A stretch of DNA of 64,000 nt from Acetobacterales bacterium (GTDB lineage: Bacteria > Pseudomonadota > Alphaproteobacteria > Acetobacterales > Acetobacteraceae), in contig JBBRWI010000001.1 of the NCBI GenBank assembly GCA_038249305.1, positions 1,172-65,171 on the forward strand. Direction: 5' to 3'. Below are positions 50,887 through 60,328 of the stretch, piece after piece (position 1 is the first letter of the stretch; every line of letters begins with the position of its first letter). A program made the position numbers and the translations under genes. The notes under the pieces were generated by a model. It made no database searches. It was not told the DNA's origin and saw only the letters and a program-made list of their open reading frames with translations.

Positions 50887-51951
50887 ATGTACGTCTCGGT
50901 CAAGGGCGGCGAACAGGCGATCGCCAATGCCCATGCCTGGCTTGACGATGTCCGGCGCGGCGACCCCGCGGTGCCGGAACTCACCGTGGCGCAGATCGAG
51001 GAACAACTCGGCCTTGCGGTCGATCGCGTCATGGCCGAGGGCGCATGCGCCGACCGGGGTCTCGCCGCCATCGCCATCAAGCAATCGCGCGGCGACCTGA
51101 TCGAGGCCGCCTTCCTGCTGCGCGCCTATCGCACCACCCTGCCGCGGCTGGGCGCATCGCTGCCGATGGATACCGCGGCGATGCGCCTCGCGCGCCGCAT
51201 TTCCGCAACCTACAAGGACCTTCCCGGCGGCCAGTTGCTGGGACCGACCTTCGACTACACGCATCGGCTGCTGGAGTTTTCGCTGGCCGCTGCCGGAAAA
51301 ACCCCGCCGCCCCCGGCCGAGATCGAGCCGCCCGAGACCACGCCACCACCCCGCGTCACCGGCCTGCTGGCGCAGGAAGGGCTGATGGCGGCCGAGCCGC
51401 CCGGCAGCGACACGCCGCCCGACCTGACCCGCGAACCGCTGGCCTGCCCGGCCTCCCGCGCTTTGCGATTGCAGGTGCTGGCGCGCGGGGATGAGGGTTT
51501 CTTGCTCGGGCTCGGCTATTCCACCCAGCGCGGCTACGGCAACAACCACCCCTTTGTCGGCGAGATCCGGATGGGCGAGATCGCCGTGGACGTCGTGCCG
51601 CCGGAACTGGGTTTCGCCATCGACATCGGCGACATAACCGTGACCGAATGCCAGATGGTGAACCAGTTCAAGGGCTCGTTGACCGAGCCTGCACAATTCA
51701 CCCGCGGCTATGGGCTCGTCTTCGGCCACAACGAACGCAAGGCCATGGCGATGGCGCTGGTCGATCGCGCGCTGCGCGGCGCCGAACTGGGCGAGGATGG
51801 CGGATCGCCGGCGCAGAATGAGGAGTTCGTGCTCTACCACTGCGACAATGTGGAGGCGACCGGCTTCGTCGAGCATCTGAAACTGCCGCACCATGTCGAT
51901 TTCCAAAGTGAGCTGGAAAACGTGCGCGCGATGCGGGCAGCCCAGAAATGA
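50887..51951 (+). CDS. phnI: C-P lyase subunit PhnI (nucleosidase)
   Basis: MYVSVKGGEQAI...AIKQSRGDLIEAAFLLRAYRTTLPR is typical of PhnI. Confidence 0.9.
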   Translation: MYVSVKGGEQAIANAHAWLDDVRRGDPAVPELTVAQIEEQLGLAVDRVMAEGACADRGLAAIAIKQSRGDLIEAAFLLRAYRTTLPRLGASLPMDTAAMRLARRISATYKDLPGGQLLGPTFDYTHRLLEFSLAAAGKTPPPPAEIEPPETTPPPRVTGLLAQEGLMAAEPPGSDTPPDLTREPLACPASRALRLQVLARGDEGFLLGLGYSTQRGYGNNHPFVGEIRMGEIAVDVVPPELGFAIDIGDITVTECQMVNQFKGSLTEPAQFTRGYGLVFGHNERKAMAMALVDRALRGAELGEDGGSPAQNEEFVLYHCDNVEATGFVEHLKLPHHVDFQSELENVRAMRAAQK

Positions 51952-52769
51952 CCTATTCCTTCGCCTTCCTCGACGAGGCAACCAAGCGGATGATCCGCCG
52001 CGCCATCCTCAAGGCCGTCGCCATCCCCGGCCACCAGGTGCCCTTCGGTGCGCGCGAAATGCCGCTGCCCTATGGCTGGGGCACCGGCGGCATCCAGGTC
52101 ACCGCCAGCATCATCGGCCCCGACGATGTGCTGAAGGTGATCGACCAGGGCGCCGACGACACCACCAATGCCGTGTCGATCCGCCGCTTCTTCGCCCGCA
52201 CCGCCGGGGTCGCCACGACCACGCATACCACGGCGGCGACGATCATCCAGACCCGCCACCGCATCCCCGAAACCGCGCTCGGCCCGGGCCAGATCATCGT
52301 CTATCAGGTGCCGATTCCCGAACCGCTGTCGAAGCTGGAACCGCGCATCGCGGAAGCGACGAAACTGCACGCGCTGGCCGACTATGGGTTGATGCAGGTG
52401 CGACTGTATGAGGACATCGCCCGCCACGGCCGCAGCAGCAGCGCCTATGGCCATCCGGTGATGGTCGATGGGCGGTATCTGATGTCGCCCTCGCCGATCC
52501 CGGCCTTCGACAACCCGAAGATGGACGGCATGGCGGCGCTGCAATTGTTCGGCGCGGGGCGGGAGAAACGCATCTACGCCGTGCCGCCGCATACCAGCGT
52601 GAAGTCGCTGGATTTCGATGACCATCCCTTCGACCCGATCCGCGCCCCGCAGGCCTGCGCGCTCTGCGGGTCGGATGTCTCGTACCTCGATGAGATCATC
52701 ACCGACGATGCCGGCGGGCGGATGTTCGTCTGTTCCGACACGGATTACTGCGAGGGCCGCCTGCCGTGA
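51948..52769 (+). CDS. phnJ: C-P lyase catalytic subunit PhnJ
   Basis: FLDEATKRMIRRAILKAVAIPGHQVPFGAREMP and the C-terminal Cys cluster CALCGS...LDE...CSDTDYC. Confidence 0.9.
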   Translation: MTYSFAFLDEATKRMIRRAILKAVAIPGHQVPFGAREMPLPYGWGTGGIQVTASIIGPDDVLKVIDQGADDTTNAVSIRRFFARTAGVATTTHTTAATIIQTRHRIPETALGPGQIIVYQVPIPEPLSKLEPRIAEATKLHALADYGLMQVRLYEDIARHGRSSSAYGHPVMVDGRYLMSPSPIPAFDNPKMDGMAALQLFGAGREKRIYAVPPHTSVKSLDFDDHPFDPIRAPQACALCGSDVSYLDEIITDDAGGRMFVCSDTDYCEGRLP

Positions 52770-53524
52770 CCGCGCCGCTGATGCAGTCCTGCGGCCTGTC
52801 GCTCGCCTTCGGCCGCATCCGCGCGCTGGACGACGTGGATATCGCGATCTGGCCCGGTGAGGTCGTGGCCATCGTCGGCGAAAGCGGCAGTGGCAAATCC
52901 ACTCTGCTGCGCGTGCTGTCCGGCCAGATGGCCCCCGACGCGGGCCAGGTCCGCTACGAGAACCGCGATTGCGCGACGATGACCGAGGCCGAACGCCGCC
53001 GCCTGCTGCGCGCCGAATGGGGCTTTGTCCACCAGAACCCGCGCGATGGGCTGCGCATGGCGGTCTCCGCCGGCGGCAACATCGGCGAGCGTCTGATGGC
53101 GCAGGGCTCGCGCCACTATGGCCGCATCCGCGCCGCCGCGGCGTCCTGGCTGCAAAAGGTCGAGATCGAGGCCGACCGCATCGACGACCTGCCACGCACA
53201 TTTTCGGGCGGCATGCAGCAGCGGTTGCAGATCGCCCGCACGCTGGTCACCGAACCGCGGCTGGTGTTCATGGACGAGCCGACCGGGGGGTTGGATGTCT
53301 CGGTCCAGGCGCGGCTGCTCGACCTGATCCGCGCCCTGGTCGCGGAATTGGACCTGGCGGTGCTGATCGTGACCCATGACATCGCCGCCGCCCGGCTGCT
53401 GGCCCATCGCATCGTGGTGATGCGGCATGGCCGCGTGGTCGAACAGGGGCTGACCGACCGCGTGCTGGACGATCCGCAACACCCCTATACGCAGTTGCTC
53501 GTGGCCTCGGTGCTGGCGGCATGA
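52766..53524 (+). CDS. phnK: C-P lyase ATP-binding subunit PhnK
   Basis: Walker A GESGSGKST and signature FSGGMQQR, in phn operon order. Confidence 0.9.
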   Translation: MTAPLMQSCGLSLAFGRIRALDDVDIAIWPGEVVAIVGESGSGKSTLLRVLSGQMAPDAGQVRYENRDCATMTEAERRRLLRAEWGFVHQNPRDGLRMAVSAGGNIGERLMAQGSRHYGRIRAAAASWLQKVEIEADRIDDLPRTFSGGMQQRLQIARTLVTEPRLVFMDEPTGGLDVSVQARLLDLIRALVAELDLAVLIVTHDIAAARLLAHRIVVMRHGRVVEQGLTDRVLDDPQHPYTQLLVASVLAA

Positions 53525-54219
53525 GCTGGGCCTTGCGGGCCGAGAACCTCGGCAAGTCGTTCACGCTGCACCTGCAGGGCGGGCTGCACCTGCCGGTGCT
53601 GGCGGATGTGTCGCTGACCGTGGCACCGGGCGAATGCGTGGCCCTGGCCGGCCCATCGGGGGCGGGCAAGTCCACGCTGATGCGCTGCCTGTATGGCAAC
53701 TACGGCGCCGAGGTGGGGCGGCTGCTGATCCTGCACGACGCCGAGGTGCTGGACCTTGCCACCGCCGATGCGCGGCTGGTGCGGGCGGTGCGGCGCGATA
53801 CGCTCGGCTACGTCAGCCAGTTCCTGCGCGTCATCCCGCGCGTGTCGTCGCGCGACGTGGTGGCGCAGCCGCTGATGGAACGCGGCGTCGCGCATGACGT
53901 GGCCCTGGCGCGGGCCGATGCGCTGCTGACCCGGCTGAACCTGCCACGCGCGCTGCACGCGCTGCCGCCCGCGACGTTTTCCGGCGGCGAACAGCAGCGG
54001 GTCAATCTGGCGCGCGGCTTCGCCCCGGGCTATCCGGTACTTCTGCTGGACGAACCCACTGCCAGCCTGGATGCCATGAACCGCGAGGTCGTGATCGACC
54101 TGATCGCCGAGGCCAAGGCCGCCGGCACCGCCATCATCGGCATCTTCCACGACACCGAAGTGCGCGACCGCGTGGCCGACCGGCTCTTTGCCGTGGCACC
54201 CATACCCGAGGCAGCATGA
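53521..54219 (+). CDS. phnL: C-P lyase ATP-binding subunit PhnL
   Basis: Walker A GPSGAGKST and signature FSGGEQQR. Confidence 0.9.
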   Translation: MSWALRAENLGKSFTLHLQGGLHLPVLADVSLTVAPGECVALAGPSGAGKSTLMRCLYGNYGAEVGRLLILHDAEVLDLATADARLVRAVRRDTLGYVSQFLRVIPRVSSRDVVAQPLMERGVAHDVALARADALLTRLNLPRALHALPPATFSGGEQQRVNLARGFAPGYPVLLLDEPTASLDAMNREVVIDLIAEAKAAGTAIIGIFHDTEVRDRVADRLFAVAPIPEAA

Positions 54220-55349
54220 ACCACGAAACCGTTCTGACCGATGCCCTCCTGGTCCTGCCGGGGGAGGTGATCCAGGGGACGATTGTCCTGCGTGACTGGA
54301 TGATCGTTGATATCCAGCCCGGCACCAGCGCGCTCGCCTCGGCCGAGCGGCTGGGTGGCGACCACCTCATTCCCGGCATCGTCGATGTCCATACCGACAA
54401 TCTGGAACGCCAGGTGCAGCCGCGCGCCGGGGCGCGCTGGCCGTCGCGCAGCGCCTTCCTGGCGCATGACGCGCAGACCGCAGCCGCCGGTGTCACCACG
54501 GTGCTGGATGCGCTGTGCCTCGGCGACCTCGGGTTCGACACCGAACGCATCCAGACCTTTCGCGACGGGGTCGCGGACCTGGACGCGCTGGCGCCGACGG
54601 GGGCGCTGAAATCGGACCACTTTCTGCACCTGCGCTGCGAACTGCCCGCGCCCGACATGCCGGCGCTGTTCGAATCCGTCGCCGACCATCCGGCGATCCG
54701 CATGGTCAGCCTGATGGATCATTCGCCTGGGGTCGGGCAGTACCTCGACCTTGCGCGCTATCGCGCGATGCGCGCCCGCAGCGGCATGGATGCGGCGCAG
54801 ATCGAGGCGCGGATCGTCTTCCTGCTCGACCAGCGCGCCCGTGTCGCCGACCCCAACCGCGCCTTCCTGCTGGCGCTGATGGACGGCCGCGGCATTCCGA
54901 TCGCAAGCCATGACGACTGGTCCGCGACCGAGGTCGCGCGCAACGTCCGCGACGGCATCACCATCAGCGAATTCCCGGTCAACATGGAAGCCGCCCGGAT
55001 GGCGCGCGACCTGGGGCAGGAGATCATCGCCGGCGCCCCCAACATCGTCCGCGGCGGCAGCCATTCGGGCAATGTCGCGGTCGCGGCGCTGATCCACGAG
55101 GGCCTGGTGGATGCGCTGGCCAGCGACTACGTGCCGCCGGCGATGCTCGATTCCGCCTGGCTGGCAGCGGCCACCATCGGCCTGCCGGCGGCGGTCGCGA
55201 TGATCACCGACCGGCCGGCGCAGATGCTGCACATGGCCGATCGCGGGCGCCTGGCACCTGGCCTGCGGGCGGATCTGGTGCAGGTCGCGCAGGTGCTCGG
55301 CCATGCCGTGGTGCGGCGGGTGTTCCGCACGGGATTGCGCGTCGCGTGA
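54216..55349 (+). CDS. phnM: RPnTP diphosphatase PhnM
   Basis: IPGIVDVHTDNLE, SLMDHSPG, SHDD and GAPNIVRGGSHSGN, collinear with my recollection of E. coli PhnM. Confidence 0.9.
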   Translation: MNHETVLTDALLVLPGEVIQGTIVLRDWMIVDIQPGTSALASAERLGGDHLIPGIVDVHTDNLERQVQPRAGARWPSRSAFLAHDAQTAAAGVTTVLDALCLGDLGFDTERIQTFRDGVADLDALAPTGALKSDHFLHLRCELPAPDMPALFESVADHPAIRMVSLMDHSPGVGQYLDLARYRAMRARSGMDAAQIEARIVFLLDQRARVADPNRAFLLALMDGRGIPIASHDDWSATEVARNVRDGITISEFPVNMEAARMARDLGQEIIAGAPNIVRGGSHSGNVAVAALIHEGLVDALASDYVPPAMLDSAWLAAATIGLPAAVAMITDRPAQMLHMADRGRLAPGLRADLVQVAQVLGHAVVRRVFRTGLRVA

Positions 55350-56020
55350 CGATGCGTGCCGCGCTGTATTGGGCGCCCGAGATCGACGACCCGCTGCATG
55401 CCGCCGGCAGCGCCTGGCTCGGCCGCGATGCGGAAACCGCGGCGATGCTGCCGCAGCCGCATGTGGCGGATATCGCCGCCCTGACCGCCGACCCGCGCGG
55501 CTACGGGCTGCATGCGACGCTGAAGCCGCCGTTCCGGTTGCGCGGGGACTACCACGCGCTGCGCGCGGTCGTGGAAGCCTTTGCCGCGACGCAGCCGCCC
55601 TTCGACCTGCCGCCGCTGGCGGTCGAGGATCTGGACGGCTTCCTGGCCTTGCGCGAACAGGCCCCCTGCCCGGCCCTGCACGCGCTGGCCGATGCCGCCG
55701 TCACCGCACTCGACCCCCAGCGCGCCGCGACCACGCCCGAGGAGTATGCCCGCCGCCGCCCCGAACGCCTGAGCCCGCGCCAGCGCGAAATGCTCGACAC
55801 CTGGGGCTACCCTTATGTTTTCGCGGAATGGCAGTTCCACGTCACACTGACGCGGCGCTTGTCGGCGGCCGAATTGGCAGTGGTCCGCCCGGCCGCGGAA
55901 ACCTTCGTCGGCCCCGCCGCAGCACGGCCGCGCCGGGTCGCCGCTGTCTGCCTTTTCGTCCAGGCCGGACCGGGTGCGCCCTTCCTGATCGCCGAACGGT
56001 TGGCGCTGGCAGGCTGCTGA
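55346..56020 (+). CDS. DUF1045 / 2H-phosphoesterase-like phosphonate metabolism protein
   Basis: Two H-x-T-x motifs (GLHATLK and FHVTLT). The start overlaps the phnM stop. Confidence 0.75.
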   Translation: MTMRAALYWAPEIDDPLHAAGSAWLGRDAETAAMLPQPHVADIAALTADPRGYGLHATLKPPFRLRGDYHALRAVVEAFAATQPPFDLPPLAVEDLDGFLALREQAPCPALHALADAAVTALDPQRAATTPEEYARRRPERLSPRQREMLDTWGYPYVFAEWQFHVTLTRRLSAAELAVVRPAAETFVGPAAARPRRVAAVCLFVQAGPGAPFLIAERLALAGC

Positions 56021-56041
56021 GAACCGGGGGTTTGCGCCGTG

Positions 56042-56249
56042 GAGAGGCGTGGCCCCCTCCACACCTCCCCCACCAGGGGCCGCCGCCCCTGGACCGGTAT
56101 AATGTTGGTAAAATAAAGGGAGGGGCATGAAGTACCCTGGATCAAAGAAACACCCGTGACGCCCCTCCCTTTATTTTACGAACTATCGTGGGATCCAAGG
56201 GGCCACTGCCCCTTGGTGGGGAGAGTTTGAGTGGGGCCAGTCCCCTCTC
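56042..56249. repeat. About 208-bp nested imperfect palindrome with an AT-rich centre
   Basis: Perfect 17-bp inner inverted repeat AAAATAAAGGGAGGGGC (56110-56126) / GCCCCTCCCTTTATTTT (56161-56177). The outer arms are imperfectly complementary, and each contains its own GC hairpin (CCAGGGG..CCCCTGG; CCAAGGGG..CCCCTTGG). Confidence 0.8.
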
Positions 56250-56278
56250 AAGGCGCCACCCGGCTTTTCAGCCGCCGG

Positions 56279-56794
56279 CTAAGCCGTCAGCGCCGCGACC
56301 AGGCGCACGCCGCCTTCGGCCGGGGTGGCGTCGTTGACGATCTCGATCACCGTCAGGCCGGGCGGCAGCGCCGCCACGCGCGCCAGGCGCTGCGCGACAT
56401 CCGCCGGATCTTCCCGCCCACGCGCGGCCAGGCGCGCGGCGCGCAGCGCGTCCGGCAGGGTGATGTTGACCACGCGCAGCGGGAAGCGCGCGGCGGCCTC
56501 GGCCAGCACCCCGCGCGACAGGTTGGCGACGACACGCCGCTCGCCCAGGGCGGCCGCGCCATCGGCTTCGGTGATGCCATAGTGCAACCCATGCGCCGAC
56601 CAGGACAGGGCAAAGGTGCTGCGCGCGAAGGCGGCCTCGGTCACCGGTTCATGCACCTCGCCGCCCGCTTCGGCCGGCCGGGTGATGACGCGGCGCGCCC
56701 AGAGGAACCGCGCGTCGTCGCGCAAGGCCGCCTGGGCTGCCTCCAGCAGCGTGTCCTTGCCGACGCCCGAGGCACCCACCACCGCAATCAACAT
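56279..56794 (-). CDS. phnN: Ribose 1,5-bisphosphokinase PhnN
   Basis: ATG at 56794 gives MLIAVVGASGVGKDTLL (P-loop), with WSAHGLHYGI typical of PhnN. Confidence 0.85.
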   Translation of the reverse strand: MLIAVVGASGVGKDTLLEAAQAALRDDARFLWARRVITRPAEAGGEVHEPVTEAAFARSTFALSWSAHGLHYGITEADGAAALGERRVVANLSRGVLAEAAARFPLRVVNITLPDALRAARLAARGREDPADVAQRLARVAALPPGLTVIEIVNDATPAEGGVRLVAALTA

Positions 56795-56874
56795 GGGCAC
56801 CCCCCCCCGCTTGACGCGACGTCCGCGCCGCGTGCTTTTTGCAGCGTCCCGCCACGAAAGACGACCCCCCCGAA

Positions 56875-58656
56875 ATGTTCCTGACCCGCCCCGAAATCGC
56901 CGGCACCTTCGGTGTCGCCGCATCGACCCACTGGATTGCGACGGCGGTCGCCATGGCAGTGCTGGAACGTGGCGGCAATGCCGCCGATGCCGCGGTCGCC
57001 GCCGGCTTCGTGTTGCAGGTGGTGGAGCCGCATCTGAACGGGCCGGGCGGCGATTGCCCGATCATCGTGCATGACGCCAAGGCCGGCACGCAATCGGTGA
57101 TCTGCGGCCAGGGCGTCGCCCCCGCCGGGCTGTCGGTCGCGCATGTAAAGGGCCATCTCGGCCTCGACCTGGTGCCGGGCACCGGGCTGCTGCCGGCGAT
57201 GGTGCCGGGCAATTTCGATGCCTTCGCCACCCTGCTGCGCGACCATGGCACGATGCGACTGCCCGACCTGCTGGCCTATGCCATCGGCTATGCCCGGAAC
57301 GGCGCCCATATGGTGCCGCGCGTGGTCGCGACGCTGGAGACCGTGCGCCCGCTGTTCGAGGCCGAGTGGCCGACCTCCGCGGCGCTGTGGCTGCGCGACG
57401 GCGGGCCGCGGCCGGGCGGGCTCTGGGCCAATCCGACGCTGGCCGCGACCTGGACGCGGCTGCTGGCCGAAGCCGTTCGCGCCGATCGCGTCGAGGAAAT
57501 CGAGGCGGCCCGCAACGTCTGGTACAAGGGCTTCGTCGCCGAGGCGATCGGGCGCTTCTGCGCGGCGACCGAGGCGCTCGATGCCTCCGGCCGCCGGCAT
57601 CGCGGCGTGCTGACCGCCGATGACATGGCCACCTGGCGCGCGCCGGTCGAGGCGCCGGTCGCCTATACCTATCGCGGCCATACCGTGCTCAAGGCCGGGG
57701 TCTGGAGCCAGGGGCCGGCGCATCTGCAAACCCTGGCGCTGCTGCAGGGATTCGATCTCGCGGCCATGGACCCGTTGGGTGAGCCCTACATCCACACCAT
57801 CGTCGAATGCATGAAACTCGCTTTTGCTGACCGTGAGGCCTTCTACGGCGATCCGGATTTCGCAGACGTGCCGATCGGGCAGTTGCTGTCCGAGGAATAC
57901 AACATCGCCCGCCGCGCGATGGTGACCGAGGAGGCCTCCCTCACGCTGCGCCCCGGGCGCCTGGCCGATCGCGATACGCCTTGGGTCGATCACGGCGCCG
58001 AAGCCCGCGCCGCCATCCTGACCGCGGCCCCCGGCGCGGGGGAGCCCACGGTCGCGCGGCTCGGTGCTTCGGGCGGCGATACCTGCCACATCGATGTGAT
58101 CGACCGGTGGGGCAACATGGTCAGCGCCACGCCATCCGGCGGCTGGCTGCAATCCTCGCCGGCGATCCCCGAACTGGGGTTCTGCCTCGGCACGCGCGGG
58201 CAGATGTTCTGGCTGGACGAGACGCTGCCGAACGGCCTCATGCCCGGCAAGCGGCCGCGCACGACGCTGTCGCCGGGGATGGTGCTGCGCGACGGCCGCG
58301 CCTGGATGAGTTTCGGCACCCCGGGCGGCGAACAGCAGGACCAGTGGCAGACCATCATGCTGACCCGCATGGTGGACCACGCGATGGGTATCCAGGAGGC
58401 AATCGACGCGCCGGCCTTCCACAGCGAACACTGGCCGTCGTCCTTCTGGCCGCGCGTGGCGCGCCCGGGAAAGGTTGTGATCGAGGGCCGCTACGCCCCC
58501 GGCATCGCCCCCGCGCTCGAAGCCCGCGGCCACCGCACCACGATCGGCGGCGACTGGAGCGAAGGCCGCCTGACCGGCGCGCGGCTGGAACCCGACGGTC
58601 AGATGTTCGCCGGCGCCAATCCGCGCGGCATGCAGGGCTATGCCGCGGGGCGCTGA
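56875..58656 (+). CDS. Gamma-glutamyltransferase-family protein
   Basis: N-terminus AASTHWIATAVAMAVLERGGNAADAAVA. A GGDTCH stretch (Thr within GGDT) sits where the autoprocessing nucleophile usually lies. The start is 56875 or 56839. Confidence 0.75.
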   Translation: MFLTRPEIAGTFGVAASTHWIATAVAMAVLERGGNAADAAVAAGFVLQVVEPHLNGPGGDCPIIVHDAKAGTQSVICGQGVAPAGLSVAHVKGHLGLDLVPGTGLLPAMVPGNFDAFATLLRDHGTMRLPDLLAYAIGYARNGAHMVPRVVATLETVRPLFEAEWPTSAALWLRDGGPRPGGLWANPTLAATWTRLLAEAVRADRVEEIEAARNVWYKGFVAEAIGRFCAATEALDASGRRHRGVLTADDMATWRAPVEAPVAYTYRGHTVLKAGVWSQGPAHLQTLALLQGFDLAAMDPLGEPYIHTIVECMKLAFADREAFYGDPDFADVPIGQLLSEEYNIARRAMVTEEASLTLRPGRLADRDTPWVDHGAEARAAILTAAPGAGEPTVARLGASGGDTCHIDVIDRWGNMVSATPSGGWLQSSPAIPELGFCLGTRGQMFWLDETLPNGLMPGKRPRTTLSPGMVLRDGRAWMSFGTPGGEQQDQWQTIMLTRMVDHAMGIQEAIDAPAFHSEHWPSSFWPRVARPGKVVIEGRYAPGIAPALEARGHRTTIGGDWSEGRLTGARLEPDGQMFAGANPRGMQGYAAGR

Positions 58657-58733
58657 CCTGGGGCATCATCCGTGCAAACGCGGATCGATTGAGCGGATAA
58701 AGATGCTCCCAAAACACAAGGCCGGAGCCTGCT

Positions 58734-59453
58734 CTACGCCACCGCTTCCAGCCCCGCCGAGACGAAGCGGGCCTGGCCCGCGGCCGCGCGCAGCATCGCG
58801 AGCAGGGCCGCGGCGCCGGCCCGATCGGCCGCCCCGGCCGCTATGGCGCCGACATAGGTGGTGACCAGCCCCACCGCGTCGGGCAGGGGTGCGACCAGCG
58901 TCACGCCCGGCACCGCCTTGATTTCCGACGCCTGGGTCAGGGCCATGTCGGCGATGCCGTCGCGCACGGCCTCCACCGCCATGATCCCGCGCGGATAGAC
59001 CAGGATGCGGCCGGCCATCGCCTCGGCCAGGCCCAGGTCCCGCAGCACTGCCGCCATGTGCAGCCCGGTCGTCGCCCCGGCCGCGGGGTCGGAATGACTG
59101 ACCGCGCGGCACGCCAGGATCGCCGCGCGCAGCGCCGCGGGCGTGGACAGGTCCGGCACCGCTTCGCCATCGCGCAGCCCGATGCCGATGCGGACGCGGG
59201 CGACCTCGGCCCGGGTCGCGGCGTCCAGCAGCCCGTCGGCGATCAGCCCGTCCAGCGTGGCCATGGCATTGACCACCAGATCGACCGGCGCGCCGCCGCG
59301 CACCTCGGCGGCGGCCCGGCCGCCGTTCAGGATGGTGACCTCGGTGTCGCGGTCGTTCTGATCGGCCCAGACGGCAGCGGTCCGCAGCAGCGGCGTTTCG
59401 ACCGCGCCGGTGCCGATGATGCGCAAGGGGCCCGAATGGGAAGGCAAGCTCAT
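58734..59453 (-). CDS. ModA-like (type 2) periplasmic-binding-fold protein without signal peptide
   Basis: 239 aa. The pattern RIIGTGAV...GGAPVDLVVNA...LIADGLL resembles the molybdate/tungstate-type SBP fold. The N-terminus has no hydrophobic leader. Confidence 0.5.
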   Translation of the reverse strand: MSLPSHSGPLRIIGTGAVETPLLRTAAVWADQNDRDTEVTILNGGRAAAEVRGGAPVDLVVNAMATLDGLIADGLLDAATRAEVARVRIGIGLRDGEAVPDLSTPAALRAAILACRAVSHSDPAAGATTGLHMAAVLRDLGLAEAMAGRILVYPRGIMAVEAVRDGIADMALTQASEIKAVPGVTLVAPLPDAVGLVTTYVGAIAAGAADRAGAAALLAMLRAAAGQARFVSAGLEAVA

Positions 59454-59572
59454 GCTGGTTCCGCCGCTGATGTGTCAGGCCCCGCTTTTGGGCAGGCTCG
59501 CGCCGCGCGCAAGCCCTTGCCCGCAACCACCGCGGCTGCTTTGGTCGTGGCATCACAGGTCGGACCCGCGCC

Positions 59573-60328
59573 ATGGACCATAATCTGTCGAGCCTCGACA
59601 CCCCCGCGATCCGCGCCGCGCGCATCGACCTTGCGGCCTGTTTCCGCATGGCGCACCGGCTTGGGTTGCACGAGGGTATCTGCAACCATTTCTCGGCCGT
59701 GGTGCCGGGGCGGGACGACCTTTTCCTGGTCAACCCCTATGGCTGGTCCTTCGCCGAGATCACCGCCTCCCGCCTGATCATCTGCGACTACGCGGGCCAC
59801 GTCGTGGCCGGCGACGGCGTGCCGGAGGCCACGGCCTTCTTCATCCATGCGCGGCTGCACCTGAAGGTGCCGCGCGCAAAGGTCGCGCTGCATACGCACA
59901 TGCCCTACGCGACGGCGCTCGCCATGCTGGAAGGCCCACCGCTCGTCTGGGCCGGGCAGAGCGCGCTGAAGTTCTGGGGCCGGACGCTGGTGGACGAAGA
60001 CTACAACGGCCTCGCGCTGGATGAGGCCGAGGGCGACCGGATCGCCGCCAGCCTCGGCGATGCCGATGTGGTGTTCCTGAAGAACCATGGCGTGATGGTG
60101 GTGGGGGCGACCATCGCCGATGCCTTCGACGATCTCTACTACCTCGAACGCGCGGCCGAGGCGCAGGTGCTGGCGCTGTCCACCGGCCGCACCTTGAAGC
60201 CGGTGCCGGAGGCCCTGGCGCGCAAGACCTACGACCAGATGCGGGCGGACAGCGGCGAAAGCGCCCGGCTGCACCTGGCCAGCATCAAGCGTATCCTGGC
60301 GGCGGAAAGCCCGGATTATGCGGATTAG
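59573..60328 (+). CDS. Class II aldolase/adducin-family protein
   Basis: His-ligand region ALHTHMPYATALA and the block VVFLKNHGVMVVG. Confidence 0.75.
   Translation: MDHNLSSLDTPAIRAARIDLAACFRMAHRLGLHEGICNHFSAVVPGRDDLFLVNPYGWSFAEITASRLIICDYAGHVVAGDGVPEATAFFIHARLHLKVPRAKVALHTHMPYATALAMLEGPPLVWAGQSALKFWGRTLVDEDYNGLALDEAEGDRIAASLGDADVVFLKNHGVMVVGATIADAFDDLYYLERAAEAQVLALSTGRTLKPVPEALARKTYDQMRADSGESARLHLASIKRILAAESPDYAD

Noticed and set aside
56127-56159. A 10-codon mini-ORF (MKYPGSKKHP) with an SD-like GGGAGGGG in the loop of the 208-bp palindrome, considered as a real leader peptide.
   Set aside because: The SD-like sequence is part of the inverted-repeat arm, its spacing to the ATG is very short (about 3 nt), there is no -35 element for the TATAAT, and conservation cannot be assessed here. 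It is mentioned only as a feature of the element.
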